Virus record (IMG/VR): IMGVR_UViG_3300020202_000001
Span: 62,001-126,000 of that record
Length of the DNA: 64,000 nt
Strand: one strand, 5' to 3'
The notes beneath the pieces are model-generated. The model was not told where the DNA came from and made no database searches. It saw only the letters and a list, made by a program, of their open reading frames with translations. Within the stretch, counting starts at the first letter, position 1; each line of letters starts with the position of its first letter. Below are positions 9,909-18,812 of this stretch, piece after piece. Position numbers and translations under genes: made by a program.

Positions 9909-10539
9909 GACGCTGCGGTCGCTCGACCCGCTGATCGACCGGGCCGCCAAGACCCACGTCGGCGACGTGAACCCGCTCGTGCGGAGCCGGGCTCGCAGCC
10001 TCGCGCTGCAGTCGCTGCAGACGTACGACCCGAACAAGGGCCGGTTCCAGAGCCACTTCTACAACCAGATGCAGGGGCTCAAGCGGTACAGCGCCCAGAC
10101 CGCGCAGGGCGTGCGGGTGCCGGAGCGGGTCGTGCTCGACCGGCGGGCGCTGGACATGGCCGAGGGCGAGCTGCGGGACCGCCTCGGCCGCGACCCGACC
10201 GACGACGAGCTGGCCGACCACAGCGGGTTCAACGTCCGCCGCATCCAGAAGGTCCGGGGGTACAGCCCGGCGATGAGCCAGGGGTACTTCTCGCAGCTCG
10301 GCGAGGACGGCGGCGGGTTCGAGCCGGGCGTGAACCGCAGCACGACGGCGGCGTGGGAGCAGCTGATCCTCGACGACCTGAACCCGGTCGACCGGAAGAT
10401 CTTCGACTACCACCGGCAGGGGATGTCGAACCAGCAGATCGCGGCGAAGCTGCGGCGGAGCGCGGGCCTCATCAGCCAGCGCAAGGCCGTGATCCAGAAG
10501 CTGCTGGACCAGGAGCAGGAACTCAGCCCGTTCCAGTGA
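9781..10539 (+). CDS. RNA polymerase sigma-70-family factor (SigB/F/FliA-like architecture)
   Basis: Region 2 YDPNKGRFQSHFYNQM, VRVPER, region 3 ELRDRLGRDPTDDELADHSG, region 4 HTH MSNQQIAAKLRRSAGLISQRK. Confidence 0.8.
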   Translation: MPGTLTTQVALPKPPSSATEEPDYDTIWKDWKAAPPDPATNARTLRSLDPLIDRAAKTHVGDVNPLVRSRARSLALQSLQTYDPNKGRFQSHFYNQMQGLKRYSAQTAQGVRVPERVVLDRRALDMAEGELRDRLGRDPTDDELADHSGFNVRRIQKVRGYSPAMSQGYFSQLGEDGGGFEPGVNRSTTAAWEQLILDDLNPVDRKIFDYHRQGMSNQQIAAKLRRSAGLISQRKAVIQKLLDQEQELSPFQ

Positions 10540-10543
10540 ACCC

Positions 10544-10996
10544 ATGGCACAAGCACAAGCGAAAGCCGACGTCGACCCGAACTTCGAGACCCAGGTCAAG
10601 GAGCTGCAGCAGCAGAACCAGCAGCTGGTGCCCGAGGCCCTGAAGGGCGCGCAGCCGAAGTGGCTGATGCCGAAGAAGGAGGGCTGGAGCGGCGACCTGT
10701 TCGACTGGGAGGGGATGCACAAGGCGTTCAACCGGGACAAGAGCAACGAGGACTTCAAGAAGGCGATCGAGGACGCGAAGAGCCCGGGCACGACCGGCGA
10801 CCTCGCGGTCACGACGACGCAGATCGACATCCTCGCCGTCATGGAGCGGGCGTTCCGCGCCCGGCACACGATGGGCCGCCCCCGGGCCTTCGCCCACGCG
10901 ATGGCACGCCGCAAGGGCCACGGCAACGACAAGGGGCCGCTCGTGCAGTGCCAGCTTGAGTACGTCCGCGGCCTGGTGAAGGAGAGCCGTTCATGA
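10544..10996 (+). CDS. Hypothetical protein in the baseplate cluster
   Basis: 150-aa ORF coupled to the next gene by ATGA. Confidence 0.6.
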   Translation: MAQAQAKADVDPNFETQVKELQQQNQQLVPEALKGAQPKWLMPKKEGWSGDLFDWEGMHKAFNRDKSNEDFKKAIEDAKSPGTTGDLAVTTTQIDILAVMERAFRARHTMGRPRAFAHAMARRKGHGNDKGPLVQCQLEYVRGLVKESRS

Positions 10997-11478
10997 CGAC
11001 GCAGCTCGGGAACGTCGCCGACTACCAGGGCCGCACGGTCGACCTCCTCGCCTTCCAGGGCGTGCGGGCCGCCGGCGAGGCCAAGCTCACGCACGCGCTG
11101 GTCCGGCCCGGCGAGGGCGGCGAGCTGTGCACCGGGCTGCAGAAGCTCGTGCAGCGGTGGCTGATCGAGTTCCTGACGACCCGTGGCACGATGCGGTACC
11201 TCCCGCGCCGGGGGTGCGACTTCGTCGGCCAGCTCCGCCGGAGCGAGCTGCGGACGACGGTGGACGCCACGCAGGCGTTCTACCTGTCCGCCCAGCAGAT
11301 CAAGCTGAACCTGCGGTCGGACGAGACGGCCGACACCCCGGACGACGAGGCGTTCGGGTCGGCGACGCTGGAGTCCCTGACCGTGCTGGCCGACTCGCTG
11401 ACCGTCCGCGTGAACATCACCAGCCTTGCGGGCCGGACCGCGAAGGCGATACTGCCGATCCAGGTGAGGACCGGCTGA
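10993..11478 (+). CDS. Baseplate wedge subunit, gp25/GpW-like
   Basis: 161 aa; TGLQKLVQRWLIEFLTTRGT..P..GCDF pattern; lies before baseplate J. Confidence 0.65.
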   Translation: MTTQLGNVADYQGRTVDLLAFQGVRAAGEAKLTHALVRPGEGGELCTGLQKLVQRWLIEFLTTRGTMRYLPRRGCDFVGQLRRSELRTTVDATQAFYLSAQQIKLNLRSDETADTPDDEAFGSATLESLTVLADSLTVRVNITSLAGRTAKAILPIQVRTG

Positions 11479-11509
11479 CACGACACACCGTAGCGACAAG
11501 GAGGTCGCG

Positions 11510-11617
11510 ATGACTGCCGCAACGAAGAAGAAGCTCAAGACCCTCAAGGCCAGGCAGGCGAAGCTCCGCAGGGAGATCGCCACGCTCGACCGCCAGATCG
11601 CCAAGATCAAGGGCTGA
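11510..11617 (+). CDS. 35-aa basic coiled-coil peptide (MTAATKKKLKTLKARQAKLRREIATLDRQIAKIKG)
   Basis: Not in the ORF track; AAGGAGGT SD upstream, GC3-rich codons, heptad pattern. Confidence 0.65.
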   Translation: MTAATKKKLKTLKARQAKLRREIATLDRQIAKIKG

Positions 11618-11651
11618 GCGTCCGTCCCCAACCGCCGACAAGGAGGTCCGC

Positions 11652-11774
11652 GTGTCCATGCTTTCCGCTTCCACCGCCCGCTCCGCGATGGCCGCCATGC
11701 TGGCGAAGCAGCAGGCGATCGTCCGCGCGCTCGCGGCCCAGCTCGCGAAGTCCCAGAAGGCCAAGGGCAAGTAA
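11652..11774 (+). CDS. 40-aa Ala-rich basic peptide (MSMLSASTARSAMAAMLAKQQAIVRALAAQLAKSQKAKGK)
   Basis: Not in the ORF track; AAGGAGGT SD upstream of GTG 11652; TAA 11772-11774. Confidence 0.6.
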   Translation: MSMLSASTARSAMAAMLAKQQAIVRALAAQLAKSQKAKGK

Positions 11775-11789
11775 CAAGGACGTTCACGC

Positions 11790-13442
11790 ATGCCGCTCGA
11801 AATCACCGAACTCGACGCCCTGGACCCCACGCTGGTCGAGCAGTCGCTCGCCCAGACGGCCCAGCGCGTGCAGGAGGCGAACCCGACCCTCGACCTGAAG
11901 CGGGGCGTGTTCCACGATCTGCTCGTCTACCTGCACGCGCTGCTCGACAGCCAGCTCCGGGGCGGGGTCATCAACCGCTACCTGTCGGCCCGGTCGCTGC
12001 TGGACATCCAGGCCGACCCGACGCTCGCGGACCCGCTGGTCGTCGAGCGGGTGCTGAGCAACTTCCGCCTCTCGCGGGGCGAGGGGGCGGCGGCGACCGG
12101 CGAGGTGACGATCGTCATCAACCGGCCGATCAGCGTGACGGTCGGCAGCGGGGCGGTGTTCGTCGCCAACGGCCGGCGGTTCAGCGCGAACTCCGCGTTC
12201 ACCGCCAAGCCCGAGGCGGCCCAGATCAACGGCCCGACCGACCGGCTGCTCACGCGGCTGAACGACGGGAACTACGCGTTCACGATCGACGTGACGGCGG
12301 CCGACGAGGGGACCGAGTCCCTGATCGCCAAGAACACGCTGGTCGTGCCGGTCGCCCAGCCGAACGGGTACGTCACCAGCTACGCGACCAGCGACTTCTC
12401 CGGCGGCCTGAACCCGGAGACGAACACCGAGCTGCTGGAGCGGCTGCAGCTCGGCGTCTCGTGCAAGGCCCCGAGCAACCGGCCGAACATGCAGGCCATG
12501 CTCCGCGACCAGGCGGAGTTCAGCCGCGTCGTCCACAGCTCGATCGTCGGGCACGGCGACGAGGAGATGCTCCGCGACCAGCACACGATCTTCCCGGTCA
12601 GCCTCGGCGGCCGGGCCGACTGGTACGTCCGCACGGTCGAGCGGGTCCAGCGGATGACGCTGAAGAAGACGGCGACGCTCGTGTCGGTCGGCGACGACGG
12701 CACGGGCGTGTGGGCGTTCGGCCTCACGCGGGACGACGCCCCCGGCTTCTACGAGGTCGCGTCCGTCCTGCGGCCCGAGGCGGAGAACGTCGCCGGCACG
12801 CTGCCGATCACGTCCGACGTGCGGGGCGTGGACCTGACCGGCGACGGGTTCGTCCCGGACGTCGAGACGGTGGCCGAGGGGGCGTACACGAGGTACCAGA
12901 CGGCCTCGGTCCGGTTCCACGACGTGGCGACCGACCACGGGGCGCTGACGCCCGGGGCGACGCGGGAGTACGACGTCACGGTCACCGCCCTGCCGCTCGT
13001 CGGCCTGATCCACGACTACGTCACCGACTTCGAGGTGCGGAGCTACGGGAGCGACCTGTTGGTCAAGGCCCCGATCCCGTGCTTCCTCAAGGTCCAGTTC
13101 CGCGTGGCGAAGAACCGCAAGCAGGCGGACCCCGACGTGCTGGCGATCGCCGACGCCGTCGCCCGCGCCGCCAACACGACCGGGTTCACCGGCCGGCTGT
13201 ACGCCGGGCACCTGCAGGACGTGATCGCCGGCTACCTGCAGGACGGGATGAGCGTCGGGTCGATCGACATGTTCGGCCGCATCCGCCACCCTGACGGGAC
13301 CAGCTCGTACGTCCGCGGCGACGAGGTGCTCGTGATCCCGTCCGTCGACGGGGCGATGGTCAGCCCCCGCACCGTGCAGTTCTTCCTGGACCCGGCCGAC
13401 GTCGAGATCCAGGTCAGCACCGAGATCCCCGTGCCCCAGTGA
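11790..13442 (+). CDS. Baseplate J-like (gp6-like) wedge protein
   Basis: 550 aa; GAAATGEVTIV..GSGAVFVANG, SDFSGGLNPETNTELLERL and related BplJ-type segments; follows gp25-like gene. Confidence 0.75.
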   Translation: MPLEITELDALDPTLVEQSLAQTAQRVQEANPTLDLKRGVFHDLLVYLHALLDSQLRGGVINRYLSARSLLDIQADPTLADPLVVERVLSNFRLSRGEGAAATGEVTIVINRPISVTVGSGAVFVANGRRFSANSAFTAKPEAAQINGPTDRLLTRLNDGNYAFTIDVTAADEGTESLIAKNTLVVPVAQPNGYVTSYATSDFSGGLNPETNTELLERLQLGVSCKAPSNRPNMQAMLRDQAEFSRVVHSSIVGHGDEEMLRDQHTIFPVSLGGRADWYVRTVERVQRMTLKKTATLVSVGDDGTGVWAFGLTRDDAPGFYEVASVLRPEAENVAGTLPITSDVRGVDLTGDGFVPDVETVAEGAYTRYQTASVRFHDVATDHGALTPGATREYDVTVTALPLVGLIHDYVTDFEVRSYGSDLLVKAPIPCFLKVQFRVAKNRKQADPDVLAIADAVARAANTTGFTGRLYAGHLQDVIAGYLQDGMSVGSIDMFGRIRHPDGTSSYVRGDEVLVIPSVDGAMVSPRTVQFFLDPADVEIQVSTEIPVPQ

Positions 13443-13453
13443 GGGAGGCCGCC

Positions 13454-13717
13454 GTGCTACGCATCAAGGTCAAGGAGGCGTGCGACTTCATCTCGTTCAC
13501 CGACACCTGTTGCGTCAGCGGCAGCAGCACGCGGACCGAGGGGCAGTTCCCGCTCGGGCACGAGATGGACGCGATGGGCATCAACCGCGACGTCCCCCAG
13601 CGGGGCGTGTCGACGATCTGGGTCGACAACGGCACGCTCCACATGGACCGGTGGCTGGTGCCGAGCGTCGCGGTCGAGGTGCTGGACTTCGTCGGAAACC
13701 CTAGCGAGCGACTCTGA
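13454..13717 (+). CDS. Small hypothetical protein (87 aa)
   Basis: GGGAGG SD before GTG 13454; TGATG coupling to the next gene. Confidence 0.5.
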   Translation: MLRIKVKEACDFISFTDTCCVSGSSTRTEGQFPLGHEMDAMGINRDVPQRGVSTIWVDNGTLHMDRWLVPSVAVEVLDFVGNPSERL

Positions 13718-15258
13718 TGGCAGACTTCAAGTTCCCAGCGTCCACGCTCGACCGGCCCGAGGAGCTGCTGGCCGCCCTCGGCTCCCTCTGGGACAACACG
13801 TACCTCGGGAACGACCTCGTGCTCGCCCTGTGCCGGGCCAAGCTCGCCCAGCAGCGGCAGGCGTACGCGGACGGCCGCGAGCTGGTCGACGCGTGCGGCC
13901 GGCTCGACGTGCCCGTCCACCACACCGAGGAGTGGGTCGAGCTGCGGCTGGAGGAGTCGAAGAAGAACGCCGGCGACTACTCGCTGCTGAAGTTCGGCGA
14001 CCCGGGCGAGTTCGAGCGGGGCGGGGCGGCCGCGTGGGGCGTCCCGACCGCCCGCCCGCTGCACGCCTGGCGGCTGCCGGACGGCGTCGTCGGCGTGCCC
14101 GCGATCTTCAACCGGATCGCCGACCCGTCCCGGTCCCTCGTCGAGGGCGTCGACTACGTCCTGCGGGACGGCCACGTCGTGTTCCGCGACGACCCGTTCG
14201 CCGACGAGCTGGTCCCCAAGGCCAGCGTGTTCGTGCAAAACGTCGAGACGGACCGGACCCTGAGCCTGTGGGGCTTCCGGTGCTCGGTCGACCGCCAGAA
14301 CGTGTACCGGCAGTTCGGGTACGTCCTCGGGCTTCAGCTCCCGAGCAGCGAGCACTACAAGCGGCTCGTCAACGCCCTGTTCGACGCCCTGGTCGAGGGG
14401 TCGACGGGCTCGGCCGTACACGCGGCGTGGTCGGCGATCACCGGCATCCCGCTCGCCGCCGGCGGCGAGACGGTGGAGGCCGTGGTCGCGGAGGCCACCA
14501 GGACCCTCGTCGTGACCGATCGTGCCGTATACGCGGTCCCAGGGGCCTCCACGGTCACCGTAGCGGCGGGGCAGGCCCTGCGAGCCGGCCAGCCGGTCTG
14601 CGACGCCCTCACGTTCCACGAGTTCAACCGAGGTCAGGTGCCGGCACAGATCAGGTCGCTTGCCCTCGGCCGGGGCTTCCTCGCCGCCGGCTACTTCGGC
14701 GACCTCGTGTTCGAGAACAAGGAGGTGCCGCTGGTCGTCGGGGCGGACGCCGAGGGCAACACCCGGCTGAGCTGGCGGCTGACCGGGTGGCCCGGCGACG
14801 TCGAGAAGTTCTTCGACGACCTGCACGAGCGGGGCCTCGCCCGCGGCCAGACGCTCGCCCACCTGCTCGACCGCCGCCCGGCCGGCGCGCGGGACACGGA
14901 GCCGACCGCCGGTGCCCTGCCGGCGACGATCAACCCGTTCGGGTTCCTCTGCCGGAACGTCCTGCGGAACAACGTCTTCGTCGTCCGGGTCCGCGTGGCG
15001 GCCACCACGGGCGGGGTCGGGACGGCGGCGGCCAAGTTCCTCCGCCGCGTCGTGCCGCCGCAGACGGCCATGATCGTCCTGGCCGAATTGGAGCTGGCCG
15101 ACGACGCGGTTATCATGGACGGACCGGCCACCGAGACCCGCCCCGGCTACGAAGAGGCCCTGAAGCTCTTCCTGGGCATGTCGTTGTCGGAGACGATCAG
15201 CCCGAACCTGGTCACGGAAGACCTGCAGTTCCGCCAGATCCGCGGACGCTGCCAGTGA
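13717..15258 (+). CDS. Baseplate wedge/tail protein (tentative)
   Basis: 513 aa directly after baseplate J; family not recognised. Confidence 0.5.
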   Translation: MADFKFPASTLDRPEELLAALGSLWDNTYLGNDLVLALCRAKLAQQRQAYADGRELVDACGRLDVPVHHTEEWVELRLEESKKNAGDYSLLKFGDPGEFERGGAAAWGVPTARPLHAWRLPDGVVGVPAIFNRIADPSRSLVEGVDYVLRDGHVVFRDDPFADELVPKASVFVQNVETDRTLSLWGFRCSVDRQNVYRQFGYVLGLQLPSSEHYKRLVNALFDALVEGSTGSAVHAAWSAITGIPLAAGGETVEAVVAEATRTLVVTDRAVYAVPGASTVTVAAGQALRAGQPVCDALTFHEFNRGQVPAQIRSLALGRGFLAAGYFGDLVFENKEVPLVVGADAEGNTRLSWRLTGWPGDVEKFFDDLHERGLARGQTLAHLLDRRPAGARDTEPTAGALPATINPFGFLCRNVLRNNVFVVRVRVAATTGGVGTAAAKFLRRVVPPQTAMIVLAELELADDAVIMDGPATETRPGYEEALKLFLGMSLSETISPNLVTEDLQFRQIRGRCQ

Positions 15259-15271
15259 AAGGACTCACGCG

Positions 15272-15940
15272 ATGCGAGATTTCATCCTCGGCCCCGCCGC
15301 CATCAAGGGCCGGGTCCGCCTCTACCAGGTCGCCGGCCACCCCGGCACGCAGACGCTCCACAAGGTGCAGGGCGAGAGCGTCGACCCGAACGCGCTCCCG
15401 TTCGTCCAGCTCCCCGGCGAGTGGAACGGCAACCCGGGCTGGAGCCACAACGACATCCTGTACGACTGGGCCTCGATCGTCAGCCGCCAGCTCGCGGACG
15501 GCGGCACCGCGTACCGCATCGGCGGCATGTACATCGAGTACAAGAACGTCGCCAGCCCGAACGACGCGGTGGCCGCCCCGGCGTTCGACCGCACGGGCGG
15601 CATCGGCTACTACAACGGGCTCGCCGGCAGCCCCGACGTGGACTACCTCCGCGTCCCGCTGATCGCGGCCGTGCGGTCCAGCTCCGACCCCGAGCTGTTC
15701 CCGGACGGCAACCGCGTCACGTTCTTCGCCCAGACGCAGGGCGTGGTCGGCGTGCACGGGCGGGCGTTCAGCGACGTCGTGAACTCGAAGGTGTACGGGG
15801 CCGCCCTGGTGGCGATCCCGGACGCCGCCGACCGCACGAAGGACCTCGTGCTGAGCCGCCTGTACGTCCCGGCGAACAAGCAGCAGGTGAAGCTCGCGAC
15901 CAGCCAGATCGGCCCCGAGTGGGAAATCACGCTGGGATAG
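15272..15940 (+). CDS. Hypothetical virion protein
   Basis: 222-aa ORF with GC3-rich codons in the structural operon. Confidence 0.6.
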   Translation: MRDFILGPAAIKGRVRLYQVAGHPGTQTLHKVQGESVDPNALPFVQLPGEWNGNPGWSHNDILYDWASIVSRQLADGGTAYRIGGMYIEYKNVASPNDAVAAPAFDRTGGIGYYNGLAGSPDVDYLRVPLIAAVRSSSDPELFPDGNRVTFFAQTQGVVGVHGRAFSDVVNSKVYGAALVAIPDAADRTKDLVLSRLYVPANKQQVKLATSQIGPEWEITLG

Positions 15941-15971
15941 GAACACCGATACTTCCGCGCAAGTGTCGGGA

Positions 15972-15991
15972 TCTAAAAACCAGTTTTGAGA
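15972..15991. promoter_or_regulatory. Dispersed palindrome, copy 3 (TCTAAAAACCAGTTTTGAGA, flanked GA..TC)
   Basis: Intergenic; the 24-mer GATCTAAAAACCAGTTTTGAGATC is nearly self-complementary. Confidence 0.85.
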
Positions 15992-16022
15992 TCGCCAAGG
16001 ACGGCGACAGGAAAGGTCAAGG

Positions 16023-17840
16023 ATGGCCACGCCGAACCCGCTCGACTTCAACGACTTCATCCAGCTGATCCGCAACGGGGAGCCGCTCGACGCCGGCGTC
16101 CCGAACCGGCCGCTGTCCGCCATCGACGCGCGGACCCGCTACCTGTGGGACGTGCTCAACGCGTCGTTCATCGGGTCGACGGTGTTCGCCCGGCAGGTGA
16201 CGACGGCCCCGGACGTGCTGGTCGGCGAGCCGGTCTACTACAACGCCGCGACCAGCCGGTTCGAGCGGGCGATCGCGGGCGTGGAGTTCGACGCCCAGAC
16301 GTCCGGCCTCGTCGCCAGCGCCGCCGGGCAGGCGTGGGGCGTGGTCTTCAAGAAGATCAACAGCACGCTCTGCGACCTCCTGCTGTTCGGGTACGCGAAG
16401 CTGGACATCACCCCGGCCCTGCAGGCGGGCGAGACGATCCGGCCGTCGACCTACTACCTGTCCCGGACCAGCGCCGGCAAGCTCGTCTCGGGCCGCCAGC
16501 CGATCGCGGTGCCGATCCTCCGCACGAGCGGCGACGGGTACGTGTTCGTCAACCCGCAGTGGGACGACCTGACGAAGCACACGCACCTGCGGTTCCGCCT
16601 CAAGCCCCGCCCGGCCGGCACGCACGTCCCGCCCGCCCCCGGGGCGCGGCACGTCGTCACGAACCCGAACCCGGCCGTCGAGGGGTGGCTGCCGGCGAAC
16701 CACGCGAGCTTCAACGGCAAGGCGTGCTTCAACGCCAAGTTCGGCTACAACATCGCCGCCAACCCCGCCCTCCGCCAGGCGTGGCCGCCGCTCCCGCCGG
16801 AGAACGCCGTGCTCGTCAAGAGCGGCGTGATGGTGCCGGACGGCGACCAGGGCCTCGTCGTGTTCGACCGCAACGGCATCTGGTGGCTCAGCGACTGCAA
16901 CGACACCGTCCCGTGGCCCGCCGACCTGTCGACGGAGTTCGAGGCCGTGTCCGAGTCGCTGGAGGTCAGCATCACGCCGGACGACTGCCCGTACGTCGAC
17001 CGGATGCGGCTCGACCTGTTCTTCAGCAAGTTCGAGTTCCTGACCGACCAGACCGTCGTCACCAGCCTGACGACCCGCGACGAGCGGATCTCGATCTTCT
17101 GCGAGGGCGGCGACCCGCTCGTGCCCAAGCACGTCGGCCCGCTGGAGATCAGGCTGAACCTGGAGTTCCTGTCGGACGACGCGGACCCGGGCGGCCACCT
17201 CGCGCTGAAGGAGTGGGACGCCGAGGCCGGCAAGTTCCACCGCGGCCCGGTCGCCACCGCCGTCTACGCGAAGAGCGCCGGCGTCACGCTGACCAGCGAC
17301 GCCCAGACCCAGGCCACGATCGGCGGGGTCGCCCGCACGCTGCACCACGGCCGCGTCGGCATCGACCTCGACACGGCGGACGACCGCGAGATCTTCCCGG
17401 ACCTGGTCCGCCTCGGCGGCGACGGGGCGACCGAGGAGTTCGTCAACAACGTCATGTACCTCGGGTTCGAGGCGGGCGAGCAGAAGTCGCTCCGCGCCCG
17501 GTTCCAGGTGCCGTCCACGCTCGCGCTGGTCAACCCGACGCTGACGCTCAAGCTCCGCGTCATGGGGCTGGCGGCCGGGGCGGTGCCGAACCTGACCGTG
17601 ACGTTCCGCCGGGTGCCGGCGGCGAACGCCCCGGCGAACCTGCCCACGGTCGACTCGCCGCTGACGATCGCGACCGGGTTCACGGCCGCCCAGGCCAAGC
17701 AGTACATCGACCGGGCCGGCACCGCCGTGGCGGTCGCGGCGGGCGACGAGGTGTTCGTCACCGTCCTCCGCGGCGCGGGCGACGGGTACCCGGGCGAGGT
17801 GGGCCTGCTGCGGATCTCCGGCGTGCTCGCCGCCGCCTAA
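16023..17840 (+). CDS. Hypothetical virion protein (605 aa)
   Basis: Beta-rich ORF in the structural operon. Confidence 0.6.
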   Translation: MATPNPLDFNDFIQLIRNGEPLDAGVPNRPLSAIDARTRYLWDVLNASFIGSTVFARQVTTAPDVLVGEPVYYNAATSRFERAIAGVEFDAQTSGLVASAAGQAWGVVFKKINSTLCDLLLFGYAKLDITPALQAGETIRPSTYYLSRTSAGKLVSGRQPIAVPILRTSGDGYVFVNPQWDDLTKHTHLRFRLKPRPAGTHVPPAPGARHVVTNPNPAVEGWLPANHASFNGKACFNAKFGYNIAANPALRQAWPPLPPENAVLVKSGVMVPDGDQGLVVFDRNGIWWLSDCNDTVPWPADLSTEFEAVSESLEVSITPDDCPYVDRMRLDLFFSKFEFLTDQTVVTSLTTRDERISIFCEGGDPLVPKHVGPLEIRLNLEFLSDDADPGGHLALKEWDAEAGKFHRGPVATAVYAKSAGVTLTSDAQTQATIGGVARTLHHGRVGIDLDTADDREIFPDLVRLGGDGATEEFVNNVMYLGFEAGEQKSLRARFQVPSTLALVNPTLTLKLRVMGLAAGAVPNLTVTFRRVPAANAPANLPTVDSPLTIATGFTAAQAKQYIDRAGTAVAVAAGDEVFVTVLRGAGDGYPGEVGLLRISGVLAAA

Positions 17841-17854
17841 CCGAGAGGGCAAGG

Positions 17855-18808
17855 ATGCCGACCGCGATTTGGAACCTGGAGTGGCTGAACGCCAACGCCC
17901 AGCGGCGTTACCCGCTGACCGAGGACTCGTCCGGCCGGGACGCCAGCGGGAGCTTCGCGCTCCCCGCGTCGTTCCTGCTGGAGCTGGACATGCCGATCCA
18001 CCAGGGGCTGAACGTCACCCCGGCCCGGTTCTTCCTCCGCCAGCTCAGCGTCGACTCGGCCGGCTTCCTGCTCGTGATCGGCTACCAGCCGACCAGCGGC
18101 AGCGCGGTGAACGTGGCGACGGCCCTCGTGCCCCGGGGGACGCACCAGCCGGGCAACGTGTACGCCCTCGGCGGGATCAACTCGTACGCGGACACGGTGG
18201 GCAAGGTCGTCGTCGGCCGGCTCGACGAGATGGAGGAGCAGCCCTCGGGCCTCTTCCAGTTCTCGTTCGAGGACGCCCGGATCGAGCCCGACTGCGTCCG
18301 CCCGATCGTCCGGGGCGTCAGCAGCCTCTCGGTCGTCAGCGGCACGAGCGTCGGCCCCCGGATGTACGGGGACATCGAGCTGGTCGCCGGCGACAACATC
18401 CAGCTCGTGCCGATCGTCGCGACCGGCCAGAACCCGCAGATCCGCATCAGCGCGATCAAGGGCGAGGGGCTGGCCGAGGAGTGCGTGTGCATCGGCGACG
18501 AGGACGCCCCCTGCATCAAGCGGATCAACGGCATCCCGCCCACGGCGGACGGCAACTTCACGTTCCTCGGCAACGCCTGCCTCACGGTCGAGGGCGTGAA
18601 GAACGGGATCAAGCTGAACGACGTGTGCTCCGAGCCGTGCTGCGGGTGCGAGGAGCTGGAGGCGATCACCCGCCAGCTCGAAGCGTTCGGGTCCAAGGCC
18701 GCCACGCTGGAGGGGTTCGTGAACCGCCTGCAGTCCGAGGTGACGGCGATGGACATGGTCGTGCTCGGGAGCAAGACCGGCGACCGGGGCTGCGTGCAGT
18801 GCGGGTGA
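17855..18808 (+). CDS. Cys-rich virion protein, paralogue 1
   Basis: True start ATG 17855; N-terminal WLNANAQRRYPL; CIKRINGIPP..GNF; DVCSEPCCGCEEL followed by a coiled coil. Confidence 0.7.
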   Translation: MPTAIWNLEWLNANAQRRYPLTEDSSGRDASGSFALPASFLLELDMPIHQGLNVTPARFFLRQLSVDSAGFLLVIGYQPTSGSAVNVATALVPRGTHQPGNVYALGGINSYADTVGKVVVGRLDEMEEQPSGLFQFSFEDARIEPDCVRPIVRGVSSLSVVSGTSVGPRMYGDIELVAGDNIQLVPIVATGQNPQIRISAIKGEGLAEECVCIGDEDAPCIKRINGIPPTADGNFTFLGNACLTVEGVKNGIKLNDVCSEPCCGCEELEAITRQLEAFGSKAATLEGFVNRLQSEVTAMDMVVLGSKTGDRGCVQCG

Positions 18809-18812
18809 CGGC

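Noticed and set aside
14400-14665. Patch of A/T-ending codons inside 13717..15258 (also 9320-9380)
   Set aside because: No repeat, hairpin or convincing promoter could be read; may be a recombined segment or noise.
1-15940. Bacterial extracellular contractile injection system or T6SS rather than a phage
   Set aside because: A long tape measure with a chaperone pair, a DNA ligase, two sigma factors and dozens of small co-oriented ORFs fit a phage better. It is not fully excluded, because capsid and terminase genes are outside the window.
11445-15956. CGATACT upstream of 11510 and of 16023 as a late-promoter motif
   Set aside because: Only two 7-bp matches with no shared upstream element; not distinguishable from chance.
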